Assembly: GCA_041746575.1 (NCBI GenBank) | Contig: JBGTGT010000011.1 | Coordinates: forward strand, 92,660 to 156,659 | Reading direction: 5' to 3' | From: Microcystaceae cyanobacterium | GTDB lineage: Bacteria; Cyanobacteriota; Cyanobacteriia; Cyanobacteriales; Microcystaceae | Length of the DNA: 64,000 nucleotides | Part shown: positions 1 to 9,946 of the stretch, in pieces | How the letters are laid out: each line of letters opens with the position of its first letter | How positions within the stretch are numbered: position 1 is the stretch's first letter | Notes under the pieces: model-generated | The model's database searches: none | Seen by the model: the letters and a program-made list of their open reading frames with translations, nothing else | Told to the model about the DNA's origin: nothing | Position numbers and translations under genes: made by a program

Positions 1-476
1 TGGGATATCAAGGATTAGGCGAAATAATTTGCTTTATTTGTTTTGGACCCCTAGCGATCGCTGCGGCCTATTATTCCCAAACTCAAGCTCTCGATCCTTC
101 TATTTTGGCAACAGGAACATTCATGGGAATTAGTACTTCAATTATCCTTTTTTGCTCCCATTTCCATCAAGTCAAAGAAGATTTGGCGGCAGGAAAAAAA
201 TCTCCCATTGTGCGTCTAGGGACGAAACGGGGATCTCAGGTGTTAACGCTATCAACTCTTAGTTTATATGGATTAACAATTCTTTTTGTTATCTTGAAAG
301 TATTCCCTCTGGGCACGTTACTCATTTTCTTCAGTTTTCCCTTTGCTTGGCAACTTATTCGTCATGTTCAAGCCAACTATGACCAACCTGATTTAGTCAG
401 AAACTGTAAATTTATTGCCGTTAATTTGCATTTTGTCAGTGGAATGTTATTGGCATTGGGATTAATTTGGATTTAG
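1..476 (+). CDS. menA: DHNA (1,4-dihydroxy-2-naphthoate) phytyltransferase, UbiA family; 3' part only, the gene starts before the window
   Basis: Frame is open from base 3 (GYQGLGEIICFICFGPLA...). SHFHQVKEDLAAGKKSPIVRLG is typical of cyanobacterial MenA; hydrophobic helices. Confidence 0.85.
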   Translation, partial: GYQGLGEIICFICFGPLAIAAAYYSQTQALDPSILATGTFMGISTSIILFCSHFHQVKEDLAAGKKSPIVRLGTKRGSQVLTLSTLSLYGLTILFVILKVFPLGTLLIFFSFPFAWQLIRHVQANYDQPDLVRNCKFIAVNLHFVSGMLLALGLIWI

Positions 477-497
477 AATTTTAAACTTGACTGATCG

Positions 498-1478
498 TCA
501 ATTTCCGACGCCTTGACGCTGTTGCTGTTGCATGATGGAATCTAAACCAAAGAAATTTTCTGCCATTTTTGCGCCAAAATCATTCACTTTTTGTTGAATT
601 TGATCTAAAAACTCATGCAAGCCAAACTCGATAATATCATCTATGGTGGTATAACCCAGTTCGCCGCATAACCGTCCTAGAGACCGTTCAGCCGCATTAT
701 GCCAAATCCCTAGAGGCGTTCCCGTGATTTCATGAAGCGATCGCTGAACTTGTAACAGGCAAAAATAGATAGAACGAGGAAATTCACGGTTCAAAATCAA
801 GAATTCTGCTACACAATTTGGTGTAATCCGTCGCTGACATTTGCGATACATTTCATAAGCACTGGCTGAACGCAACAAAGCAATCCATTGAACTTGGTCA
901 AGGGGTGTACCAATCCATTCGGCTGAAGGAAGCAGATAGTAATACTTTACATCGAGAATACGGGCAGTTTTATCGGCTCTTTCCTGTAAACGTCCTAATT
1001 CACCGAAATGCCATCCCTCATTGTGGGTCATTGTTGCATCCATTACCCCGGCAAAGCGATGACTAGATAGTTTGACTTGGGTAAAAAAATGAGGTAACGT
1101 CTTTGGGGGACGGTGATTAGCCGCCTCTATGACCATCAGATAAAAGGCATTGACCTGTTCCCACATTTCTGAGGAAATAATTTCCCGAATCGAACGAGCA
1201 TTTTCTCTGGCTTTTTGCAGGCAAGAAAGGATAGAATTTGAATATTCTGGGTCAAAGGTGAGAAATTGAATAACGTTGTCGGGCTTTGCTTCCCCATAGC
1301 GTTTTTTAAATAGCTCTAAGTCCCCCGTTGTCCATACTAAGGGATCCCACTGTTGGGTGACTCGTTGGGGCAAGTCTAGCATTAAATTGAGATTGACATC
1401 AACGAAACGGGCTACATTATCGGCTCTTTCAATATAACGATTTAACCAGTAAATGGAAGCAGCAACACGACTTAACAT
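498..1478 (-). CDS. Alpha-E domain protein (DUF403)
   Basis: N-terminus MLSRVAASIYWLNRYIERADNVAR, ARENARSIREIISSEMW, second ER motif (LQERADKTARILDVKY), FPRSI. Confidence 0.9.
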   Translation of the reverse strand: MLSRVAASIYWLNRYIERADNVARFVDVNLNLMLDLPQRVTQQWDPLVWTTGDLELFKKRYGEAKPDNVIQFLTFDPEYSNSILSCLQKARENARSIREIISSEMWEQVNAFYLMVIEAANHRPPKTLPHFFTQVKLSSHRFAGVMDATMTHNEGWHFGELGRLQERADKTARILDVKYYYLLPSAEWIGTPLDQVQWIALLRSASAYEMYRKCQRRITPNCVAEFLILNREFPRSIYFCLLQVQRSLHEITGTPLGIWHNAAERSLGRLCGELGYTTIDDIIEFGLHEFLDQIQQKVNDFGAKMAENFFGLDSIMQQQQRQGVGN

Positions 1479-2177
1479 ATAAGGGAATAAAGAATTATTG
1501 AAAATGAATACTTACGGTTATTATAAACATTCAGTTAAGCTTTGAGTGGTTAATATCCGTCACAATTCTACCTTTCCCTCGAATATAAAACTGTTTCATC
1601 CTTGAGACGATGCAAAAATAGCAAAACGAAAGGTTTTTCAATTGAGACTTTGTTTATCCTAAGTTTCTGATTTTGTCAAATGTTAGTTCTCGTGTTCTTA
1701 ATAAAAAGATAAACTTTTTTCTTAAAAAAAGATTAAATTTAGGTAAATTTAAGATTATCTTCTTTTTGAATAACGACGTTATGGGGGTTTTGCGTTTCGC
1801 TCAATATTTGCAAAGAGTTCTCCAATTATGAAAATATAGCAAATCCCTGAAAAGATTGCAACTTCGTAGACAAATAGAAATTATTCTCAATTAATGCTTA
1901 AGCGAATCTTAAATTTTAAGATTTGTTAAATCAGAAATATAAAATTTTCTTTATAAACTAATTAACAAAACTTATCTTAAAAAACAAACTGAGTTATTCT
2001 GATTTTTGGGCTTAATTTGTTGATTTATTGAATTTTTTATTTATCTTCCAATAGAATGAGCTTGAATTCTTCTATTTGATAGATGAGAAAATACACCCCA
2101 AAAATTAGGATAAAAAGGTGATAAATAAAATCACGACTCCATCAACCTCCATCAACAAATTTGAGGAAAAGTCCTTA

Positions 2178-2366
2178 ATGAGTATTTTAATGGAAATGTC
2201 TAGTGCTGCGGCAACTTCCCATTTTCCCGTATCGGCAACGCTCGTTTTAGTTGTGGGATTTATTGCTGCTACCGTCATCGGTTCAATTGCGTGGTTCAAC
2301 TCTAAGCGTCCCCTTGGCTGGAAAGACAAAGAACGCCCAGACTATGTCCCTGATATTGATAAATAA
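2178..2366 (+). CDS. psb35: Photosystem II assembly protein Psb35 (single transmembrane helix)
   Basis: VVGFIAATVIGSIAWFNSKRPLGWKDKERPDYVP matches the Psb35 family as I recall it. ATG 2178 follows GAGG; the ORF track start at 2118 is probably too early. Confidence 0.75.
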   Translation: MSILMEMSSAAATSHFPVSATLVLVVGFIAATVIGSIAWFNSKRPLGWKDKERPDYVPDIDK

Positions 2367-2447
2367 AGTCGAAAATCCCTCTATTGCTAGAATCACTTTT
2401 GCTAAAAAACTTAAACTTAACAATTAATAAGGAGGAACGAACCCATT

Positions 2448-2759
2448 ATGTCTACCCAAAATAAAAATAACACCGAGTACGATCCCCATATCGTCCCAGC
2501 CGAAACTGCCGCCAGGATGGAAAGAGAAGGAAAGGACTTTAAAGAAATCCCTGTCCGTGAAACGGAAGGCACGTTAGACAGTACTAGCGGTTATACAATG
2601 GATAAAGAAGGCTTGTTAAATAACTATCCTATCGAACCTGAAATGTACGTCAACGAACCCGGTGACATGAAGGAACAAGAGGAAGCCGAAAAAGCAGAAC
2701 GAGCCTTAGAATTGAAGGAAATTAACGAAGAGGGCGGAAAAGGTCCTGGTATCATCTAA
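2448..2759 (+). CDS. Small acidic soluble protein with a Psb34/Hli-like motif (YTMDKEGLLNNYPIEPEMY)
   Basis: Strong RBS AAGGAGG; 103-aa ORF; no transmembrane helix. Confidence 0.7.
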   Translation: MSTQNKNNTEYDPHIVPAETAARMEREGKDFKEIPVRETEGTLDSTSGYTMDKEGLLNNYPIEPEMYVNEPGDMKEQEEAEKAERALELKEINEEGGKGPGII

Positions 2760-2912
2760 CTTAACGGGTAGCCTTTAGGCATAAAGTGCTTTAAAAGTTG
2801 AAGAACGAACCCTCTTCCCTCCAAAGATTTCAACTCTTTATCTTTTCTACTGCATTGAGTTACATTACTCCTCTCTAACCTAAGTCTGTATTGATTTGAT
2901 TCATGAGTTCAA

Positions 2913-2939
2913 GCCTAGCCTCAACGCTAGGTTTTTTTT
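2913..2939 (+). terminator. Intrinsic terminator
   Basis: CCTAGC-ctcaac-GCTAGG followed by T8. Confidence 0.75.
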
Positions 2940-2968
2940 GTCTTCAATGATTGGGAAAATGATCTATA

Positions 2969-3463
2969 GTGTCAATAGGGATAATTAAAATCTCCGCAAT
3001 GAACGAACCAGATTGGCAAAGCGTACAAGGAATCATTCAAGGGGGACATAAGGTGGCTTCCGGTCAAGCCTTGAATAGTCCTTATCCCAATGGTACAATT
3101 GCCATGCAAATCCCTTTTTTTCGAGCTTTAGGCTTAAATTTAGGCGATTTGTTTAGGGGAACACTTAACGTTTCAATTCAGCCATTAATCTGGGAAATGA
3201 CTCATCCTGCTTTAACATTTTCTCAAGTGATGTGGACAGATAAACACCCTCCTGAAGATTTTTCTTTTTCCGCTTGTCTGCTTCTTTTTAATCAAATTCG
3301 CTACCCTAGTTGGATTTATTATCCTCATCCTAAAACCAAAAAACGCCACTTCCAAAATCCCTCAGTCATCGAAATTATTGCTCCTTTGATCAAGGATATC
3401 AAAGAAGGACATCCCGTCATTGTTGAGTACAACTCCTTAGAAATTACGGTCAAGGGATTGTAG
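2969..3463 (+). CDS. Conserved hypothetical protein, weakly resembling the CTP-dependent riboflavin kinase fold (start possibly ATG 2999)
   Basis: GIIQGGHKVASG...FRGTLNVSI pattern; 164-aa ORF. Confidence 0.55.
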   Translation: MSIGIIKISAMNEPDWQSVQGIIQGGHKVASGQALNSPYPNGTIAMQIPFFRALGLNLGDLFRGTLNVSIQPLIWEMTHPALTFSQVMWTDKHPPEDFSFSACLLLFNQIRYPSWIYYPHPKTKKRHFQNPSVIEIIAPLIKDIKEGHPVIVEYNSLEITVKGL

Positions 3464-3571
3464 ATTGACTGCGATGACTTCTTTTTAACGCTCAATCAAA
3501 AGGCTCAAGTCCCTTATCTCGAACTTGCTGAGGGATTTTGTCAATATTATGCCGATTTTAGCCCAAAACCC

Positions 3572-4675
3572 CTAAGCATTTGACGCATAAGTGGGAAAAT
3601 CGATATACCCCTCTGCGTCGGGAGAATACCAATCTTTCATCTCTGCTTCGGGATTAAGCGGCCAATTGTGGCGAAATCGTGCTACTAAGTCTGGATTGCT
3701 AATAAAAGGACGCCCAAATGAGATTAAATCAGCATTTTCCTCTGTAATAACCTCTTCTGCACTCTCTTGGGTATAACTGCAATTTCCCATCAATGAATTT
3801 TGGAAAAGGGGACGAAATTCCGCCAGCGTTAAGGGTTCTCCTAAACCATGAAAGCCGAATCCTAGCCCATCTATGACGTGAAGATACGCTAAGCCAAATT
3901 GATTTAATTGTTCAGCCACATAAAAAAAGGTTTCTTGGTAATCTGGCGATCCCATGTCATTATAAGCCCCATTAGGAGATAAACGAACACTTATTCGATT
4001 AAAGGGTAATACTGTTCCGATAGCTTCCACAATCTCCTTGAGAAAGCGATAACGATTTTCTAAAGACCCCCCATAGCGATCGCTCCGATGATTGGTTTTA
4101 GACTGTAAGAAGGTATCAATGAGATAACCGTTAGCAGAATGGATTTCTACTCCGTCAAATCCAGCAATCTTGGCTTTTTCTGCCGCTTTTCGATAATCTT
4201 CTACAATTAAAGGGATTTCTTCTGTTTCCAAAGCGCGAGGGGTTTCGTAGGGTTGTTTTCCTTTAGGGGTGTGAATATAGTCGCCATTAATTTTGATAGC
4301 GGAAGGGGCAACGGGTAATTGTCCGTTATTCTGAAAATCACTGTGAGAAGCCCGTCCACAGTGCCATAATTGCATAAAAATAGGTGTTTCTTGTTGGTGA
4401 ACTGCTTCAACCACCTGCTTCCATCCTTGCATCTGTTCATTAGTATAAATACCGGGGGTTTGCTGCCAGCCATTGGCTTGAGGCGAAATTACGGTTGCTT
4501 CTGTGATTAGGAGTCCGGCTGATGCCCGTTGTTGATAATATTGTGCCATCATTGGATTGGGAACTCGTTCGATTCCAGCTCTAGCGCGGGTCATAGGGGC
4601 AAGAACAATCCGGTTTTCTAGGATTAAATCCCCTAATTTGAAGGAAGTGAACAGATTTTGAGAAATGGCATTCAT
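3572..4675 (-). CDS. Old yellow enzyme / alkene reductase (NemA family)
   Basis: NRIVLAPMTRARA, GFDGVEIHSANGYLIDTFL, RSDRYGGSLENR, FGRPFISNPDL. Confidence 0.92.
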   Translation of the reverse strand: MNAISQNLFTSFKLGDLILENRIVLAPMTRARAGIERVPNPMMAQYYQQRASAGLLITEATVISPQANGWQQTPGIYTNEQMQGWKQVVEAVHQQETPIFMQLWHCGRASHSDFQNNGQLPVAPSAIKINGDYIHTPKGKQPYETPRALETEEIPLIVEDYRKAAEKAKIAGFDGVEIHSANGYLIDTFLQSKTNHRSDRYGGSLENRYRFLKEIVEAIGTVLPFNRISVRLSPNGAYNDMGSPDYQETFFYVAEQLNQFGLAYLHVIDGLGFGFHGLGEPLTLAEFRPLFQNSLMGNCSYTQESAEEVITEENADLISFGRPFISNPDLVARFRHNWPLNPEAEMKDWYSPDAEGYIDFPTYASNA

Positions 4676-4782
4676 ATTAGGCCTAGATGTGTAATTTTAT
4701 TCTTTTATATGGGATATCAGTAGTCAAAAATAAAGTCAAGTATCAAAGGGTAGAATAGTCCTATAGAATGCAAAATTTTTGC

Positions 4783-5274
4783 TCATTTATCAATAATCAA
4801 CTGTTTTCCAAATGGCTGACTGCTTAATAAGTTTAATACTTTGTTCGGTGCAATATTAAATAATAAAAGGCTGGGATAAACAGCTATTTGCCAAAGAGGA
4901 TGGTCTAAAACTTTGCACCCTTCTGGTGTCTTATAATAAGGAAAACCTAATAATTGATGAACCACTTCAATCACATCAAAATTAACTTTTCCTTGGGTTT
5001 TATTAAAAGCATAGCCATCTTTTGGGTCAATAATTTCGCTTAAGCTATCTTGAGTTTGACAATGCCATTGAATATTTTGTGCTAAGGAAATAAAATGTTG
5101 TCTCAATCGCTGTTTTTCCTGCTCAATGAGTATATTATCGTCTCTTAAAGATAACTGGGATTTTAATAAAATAATAATAACTGATTCCGGCATTGATGAC
5201 CAGTCCGGTAATAAATCGAGATAATGATTCTCGATAAAAGATGTCGGAGATTTTATATAAATTTCTGTAGTCAT
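4783..5274 (-). CDS. MMADHC/CblD-like (methylmalonic aciduria type D) family protein
   Basis: EIIDPKDGY...LLGF...GCKVLDHPLWQIAVYPS pattern of cyanobacterial MMADHC-like proteins. Confidence 0.7.
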   Translation of the reverse strand: MTTEIYIKSPTSFIENHYLDLLPDWSSMPESVIIILLKSQLSLRDDNILIEQEKQRLRQHFISLAQNIQWHCQTQDSLSEIIDPKDGYAFNKTQGKVNFDVIEVVHQLLGFPYYKTPEGCKVLDHPLWQIAVYPSLLLFNIAPNKVLNLLSSQPFGKQLIIDK

Positions 5275-5349
5275 AGAAATATTTTTTAAATGAAGAAAAA
5301 AGGATTACATCAGCAATCAATCGGCATTATTGGGTGGCGATCGCTCCCC

Positions 5350-5940
5350 TTACTTTGAGTGAAAACCCACTTTATCTATGGGTTGTTTTTTAATAAAAAT
5401 GGGAGAAGAGGGTTTATCAAAATTCAGTTCAATTAAATTATTTTGAAAATCATTTCCGACTTGATTTCCCGAAAATAAATCTAATATTTTTCGACCTGAT
5501 TTAAAAACCATTAATGAGATACCACTTCCTTGTCCTGTTGCTTCAGAGATATAGTAATTGAACTCTCCAACCCTAAAAAAAATCAGATTTTCTCCTGTGT
5601 GAGGACTGGTTGAGCGGCTAAATATCCAGAACGGATTTGAACGGGTAGCAATTTTTTCCATTTCAACCTTGCCAATTGCGCCATATCGGTAAACCATTTT
5701 TCCGAAAGGTTCTTGCTGTTCGTCTGTGCAAAGCGACAAGATTTTGCCATTTTTAATTAAGTTATATCCTCTCCTATTTCCTGTTCCATAATATTCAATC
5801 TTCGCCATTTTTGCATTAAGATAAGCAAATTCCCCCGATTTACAATGGGTGGGAAAATCGCGACTTTCCTGTGAAAATAACGGTTGGCTCCCAAAAATAC
5901 TTAAAATTAGTGTAATCGAAAAAGGTAATGTATTTTTCAC
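5350..5940 (-). CDS. Hypothetical exported protein
   Basis: 196-aa ORF with a signal-peptide-like N-terminus and two Cys. Confidence 0.6.
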   Translation of the reverse strand: MKNTLPFSITLILSIFGSQPLFSQESRDFPTHCKSGEFAYLNAKMAKIEYYGTGNRRGYNLIKNGKILSLCTDEQQEPFGKMVYRYGAIGKVEMEKIATRSNPFWIFSRSTSPHTGENLIFFRVGEFNYYISEATGQGSGISLMVFKSGRKILDLFSGNQVGNDFQNNLIELNFDKPSSPIFIKKQPIDKVGFHSK

Positions 5941-5944
5941 CTTA

Positions 5945-7519
5945 TTAACTTCTCCATTGTTGTAAAAGGTCTTTTAAGCGATAAAAAGATTTCTTAGGTT
6001 TTCCCTCAGTATTGAGTAACCCTCCATGGGGCCAAAAATGATTAATTTGATCTGATAAATCCCACCAAGTAATCGCTTCAATGTAGGGTTTACTATAACA
6101 AAGGGTATAAAACTGCTCAATCCAGTCAGCTTGAATCGTTTCCGACCAAGGTTTGTGCCATAATCCAAAAGGAGTTTTCATGAAAGAATTTTCATCTTCC
6201 GTTGTTGCAGAAGGCACCCCTAATTCAGTGAGGTGAATCGTTTTTCCCAACCTGCCAAATCGTTCCAATAAGCGGTCAATTTCCAATAAATCATGATTAG
6301 GATAATAAAGTTGTAAACCAATCGCTTCAAAGGGAACTTCTGCGTCTAAACAGGCTTTCATATATTGATAAGGCGTATCCGGATTTGTGGTTTCATTCGT
6401 TCGATATCTGGCCCACAAACAACAATTATTAATAATTCGAAAGGTATCAGGATTCCCTTGATGACAGGAAACCGACGCGATTTTGGTTAATTCAACTAAT
6501 TCTTCAACGGTATAATTGGGTTGATTGGCAAAAGATAACCCACTCCCTTCATTGATCACATCATAATAAGGCAAGCGATCGCCAAAATATTGAGTAACTT
6601 CTCTAATATGATCAGCAATTTTTACCTGCATTGAACTAAAACTTTGATCTTGCAACCAATCGGGCAATCCATATTCTGCAAACCAAACTAAAGGATGACC
6701 TTTGGGCGTAATTTGGTGCTGATTTAACCAAGCAATCGTTTTGTCTAAATCTTCATATTTTTTCTGTCCTTTTTGTGGTTCGAGACTCTGCCAATATAAT
6801 GGAATCGTCGCAAAATCAAATAACTCAGTAAAATAGGTTCGGTAAGATTTATCTGCTTCAGAAAAGCCAAAAAAATTACAGCCAAAGTGGAAATCAGGAC
6901 GCTTTCCTCGATGTTGAATCTCCCATTTCGCTTTTCCTAAAACGGCTTCTTCCCCTGCCCATAAACTTTCGTACAGACTTTGTTGACACCAACCAACTTG
7001 TTCTGAAGAATCAAGACTATTTTTGGCGTTATTTAAATAAATTTGGGCTCGGCGTAGACGTTGAGATACCCTTACTGGTAACAGAAACCCTGACCTTTTC
7101 CAAGATTTAATCACCGTCCGAACGCGAAATAAGCGTGTTTCAGCGAGTTCTACATTCAAATTCAGAGGAAAATCCGAAGCAGTATAACCTCTGCCTTGAT
7201 TATCAGCATATAGCGTTACTTCGCCAAAACCGTATACCTGAAGTCCCATTGCAATAACAACAGGAAAGTTTGGTAAAGCTGTCTGTAATTTTCCTTTTTC
7301 TGCCTGACGAAGGGGATTTAAAATCGGGTTTTCTTCCTTGTCTAAAAAATAAAGTCCTCCCCAATCTGAAGCACTAAGAGGATTACTCCGAAAATCAAAG
7401 CCTTCAATAATAACCATTGTGTTTGACATTGTTGCCCAAAGTGAGTGGACACAAATCGTTTCAATCAGTGAAAAAAGGGTTAATGCCCCTGTAAATTGCA
7501 AAAAATGACGACGACGCAT
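5945..7519 (-). CDS. Glycoside hydrolase family 10 (xylanase-like) with a probable Tat signal
   Basis: KGHPLVW, YDVINE, IHLTELG, ITWWD motifs. MRRRHFLQ twin-arginine start at 7519 (ORF track start 7621). Confidence 0.85.
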   Translation of the reverse strand: MRRRHFLQFTGALTLFSLIETICVHSLWATMSNTMVIIEGFDFRSNPLSASDWGGLYFLDKEENPILNPLRQAEKGKLQTALPNFPVVIAMGLQVYGFGEVTLYADNQGRGYTASDFPLNLNVELAETRLFRVRTVIKSWKRSGFLLPVRVSQRLRRAQIYLNNAKNSLDSSEQVGWCQQSLYESLWAGEEAVLGKAKWEIQHRGKRPDFHFGCNFFGFSEADKSYRTYFTELFDFATIPLYWQSLEPQKGQKKYEDLDKTIAWLNQHQITPKGHPLVWFAEYGLPDWLQDQSFSSMQVKIADHIREVTQYFGDRLPYYDVINEGSGLSFANQPNYTVEELVELTKIASVSCHQGNPDTFRIINNCCLWARYRTNETTNPDTPYQYMKACLDAEVPFEAIGLQLYYPNHDLLEIDRLLERFGRLGKTIHLTELGVPSATTEDENSFMKTPFGLWHKPWSETIQADWIEQFYTLCYSKPYIEAITWWDLSDQINHFWPHGGLLNTEGKPKKSFYRLKDLLQQWRS

Positions 7520-7677
7520 AAAGAATAAATGATAAAAAAGGCTGAATGAATGATCTAAAATGAAGAGCAAAAATTCTGTGCAAAATCCCCTACAATAAAG
7601 ATTCTTTAACAGAATTAACAAAGTTTAAGATAACATATCAACTAAACGGTGTGTGCGGTGAACGGGAGTCACTAACC

Positions 7678-9624
7678 ATGAATCAATCCTCTAACTCGGT
7701 AGCAGGTGCATTTGCTCAGAAATTTGGCTTCTGGGCCAAAAGAAATGCTAATAACTGGCAACTATGGGCAGTTCTCATCATTATTCTCTCTGGCAGTGCG
7801 GGATTTATGGCGACAACGGCTTTGTTTAAACTACCCAAAACCCCCCAATGCGCTCGCATTTTTTGGCCAATTGCCTCCGCCTCTTTACGATTTTATTGCG
7901 CCGATTTAGAAGCCGAAAAAGGAACCGCCGAAGGATTATTAACCGCTATCAAGCTCGTAGAAGCCCTTCCTGCCAATCATCCCCTTCGTCACCAAGTAGA
8001 TCTTCAAGCCGAAGAATGGGCAGAACAAATTTTAGTCCTTGCGGAAGAAGAATTTCAAGCCGGCCAATTTAGCCAAGCCATGGAAAGTGCGCAAAAAATT
8101 CCCCAAAAATCCAAAGCTTATGCCCTTGTTGCTGAAAAAACCGAAAAATGGCGCAGTATTTGGCAAGAAGCGAAAGATGTCTTTGCCGATATCGAAGAAC
8201 AACTACGGGAGAGCAATTGGAATTTAGCCTTTCGCTATGCCGTTAAACTCTTAACCCTCGATAATCAATATTGGGCAACGACGAAGTATGACGAAGCTGT
8301 CGATAATATTCAGGTGGCTAGGGAAGAAAGCCGCAGAATGGACGATGCTTTTGTGGTCATGGAGCGAGGCGGAGTAGATAATTGGTTAAAAGCGGTAGAA
8401 GTTGCTGAAAAAATCGCCCCCGAAAGTTACGCCTATCGACAAGCCCAAAAATTAATCACCACCGTCAAAGAAAAAATTACCACTCACATTATAGAATTAC
8501 TCGATAAACGAGACTGGAATGCCATTGCTAACGTCACCAGTCGGATTCCGAATAGTCTAGACTTAACCAAAGAATTGATCTCATGGCGTACTATTGCCAG
8601 TGCGGGATTAGATGCCGATTTAGGCACCGTAGAGGGACTCAAAGCCGCTATGGTCAGTTTAGAGCAACTTGAACCCTCCGACCCCTTTTACAGTGATGCT
8701 CAAACCCTCATCAGTCGCTGGAAAATGGAAATTGAAGATGTCACCCACCTTGCGCAAGGACGTGACTTAGCCAGAGAAGGCAATATTGAGGGCTTACAGG
8801 CGGCCATTACCGAAGTTCGCCAAATTCCGCAAGGCAACCCTCGTTACTCAGAAGCCGTGCAGGAAAGCCGCGATTGGAATCGCCAAATTCAAATTCTTGA
8901 AGATCAGCCCATCTTAGATCAAGCCCGCGCCTTAGCCGTTGGCGGCAATATTAACGACTTACAAAAAGCGATCGCTCAAGCCAATCTGATTGGTGCTAAT
9001 CGAGCATTACATCAGGAAGCAAAAGAGAATATCTACACGTGGCAACGCAAAATCGAACGCCAAGAAGACCAGCCTATCTTAGATCAAGCCATTGCGCTGG
9101 GGAATATTCAAGATTATCCTACTGCCTTAAAGACGATTGGACAAATTGCCCAAGGAAGAGTGCTTTATCCGGAAGCTCAAACCCACGCGAAACGCTGGCG
9201 CAGGGAAATACAAGCACAGCAAGATTTAGCCCAAGCCTATCAACTTGCCAAAGCCAATACTCCAGAAGCCCTACTGAATGCTATGGATATCGTACGACGG
9301 ATTCCCAACAGTACAGATGCCCGCAGTCAAGCCGCTGCCGCCGTGAATCGTTGGAGTTATCAGGTTCTTAATACCGCCCGACAAAAGGGAGATTTAGGAC
9401 AATATCGAGAAGCGATCGCCCTTGCCCGACGAATTCCCTCAGAAAGTGATGCCCATTCTTCTGCGGCAAACCAAATTGATCTCTGGAAACGCTTAATTAC
9501 CCCTCCCCCTGTTGCATCCGAACCCCTACAACCCTTTCCTGCTGCTGTGCCTACCCCCAGTCAGCCCCCAGAAGCCACCCAAACTCGCTATGATGAATCT
9601 GAGGCTACTGCGCCTGCTCCTTAG
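7678..9624 (+). CDS. Conserved cyanobacterial membrane-anchored helical-repeat protein (often labelled 'chromosome segregation ATPase')
   Basis: One N-terminal TM helix, LPKTPQCARIFWPIASASLRFYC, repeated EDQPILDQA / AI..A..IP units, Pro-rich tail. No P-loop seen. Confidence 0.75.
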   Translation: MNQSSNSVAGAFAQKFGFWAKRNANNWQLWAVLIIILSGSAGFMATTALFKLPKTPQCARIFWPIASASLRFYCADLEAEKGTAEGLLTAIKLVEALPANHPLRHQVDLQAEEWAEQILVLAEEEFQAGQFSQAMESAQKIPQKSKAYALVAEKTEKWRSIWQEAKDVFADIEEQLRESNWNLAFRYAVKLLTLDNQYWATTKYDEAVDNIQVAREESRRMDDAFVVMERGGVDNWLKAVEVAEKIAPESYAYRQAQKLITTVKEKITTHIIELLDKRDWNAIANVTSRIPNSLDLTKELISWRTIASAGLDADLGTVEGLKAAMVSLEQLEPSDPFYSDAQTLISRWKMEIEDVTHLAQGRDLAREGNIEGLQAAITEVRQIPQGNPRYSEAVQESRDWNRQIQILEDQPILDQARALAVGGNINDLQKAIAQANLIGANRALHQEAKENIYTWQRKIERQEDQPILDQAIALGNIQDYPTALKTIGQIAQGRVLYPEAQTHAKRWRREIQAQQDLAQAYQLAKANTPEALLNAMDIVRRIPNSTDARSQAAAAVNRWSYQVLNTARQKGDLGQYREAIALARRIPSESDAHSSAANQIDLWKRLITPPPVASEPLQPFPAAVPTPSQPPEATQTRYDESEATAPAP

Positions 9625-9717
9625 TGAGGGAAAGTCGGCAGATTTTACAGTTTAGCGTTAATGGTTTCCGATTCCCCTCTTTTACTTAATCTTCTTATCC
9701 CGAATTCAGGTTGATTT

Positions 9718-9936
9718 ATGAGAAAATTTACCAATTTGCTCAGTATTTTACTGATATCGGTTTGGATCGGCTCAATCGCTATTTTTTCGATTCAAAACAT
9801 TCAACTCGTTTCCCTGCAGTTTTTGGCTTGGCAATCGCTTCAACTGCCAATTGGGGTATTATTAGCATTTTGTTTGGTATTTGGCTTAATTTTCTCAGCT
9901 CTGTTACCTCTTTTTTGGACAGGCGTTAAACGATAA
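9718..9936 (+). CDS. Small membrane protein, LapA/DUF1049 family
   Basis: AIFSIQNIQLVSLQFL...LPIGVLLAF, two-TM pattern. Confidence 0.7.
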   Translation: MRKFTNLLSILLISVWIGSIAIFSIQNIQLVSLQFLAWQSLQLPIGVLLAFCLVFGLIFSALLPLFWTGVKR

Positions 9937-9946
9937 TCGGAACGGA

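Noticed and set aside
7706..9371. Alternative-frame ORFs inside the 657-aa gene, and similar short shadow ORFs within gcvP, lptF/G, dusB, gdhA, ftsH and the phoA-like gene
   Set aside because: They are fully nested in well-supported genes and show no recognisable motifs or RBS.
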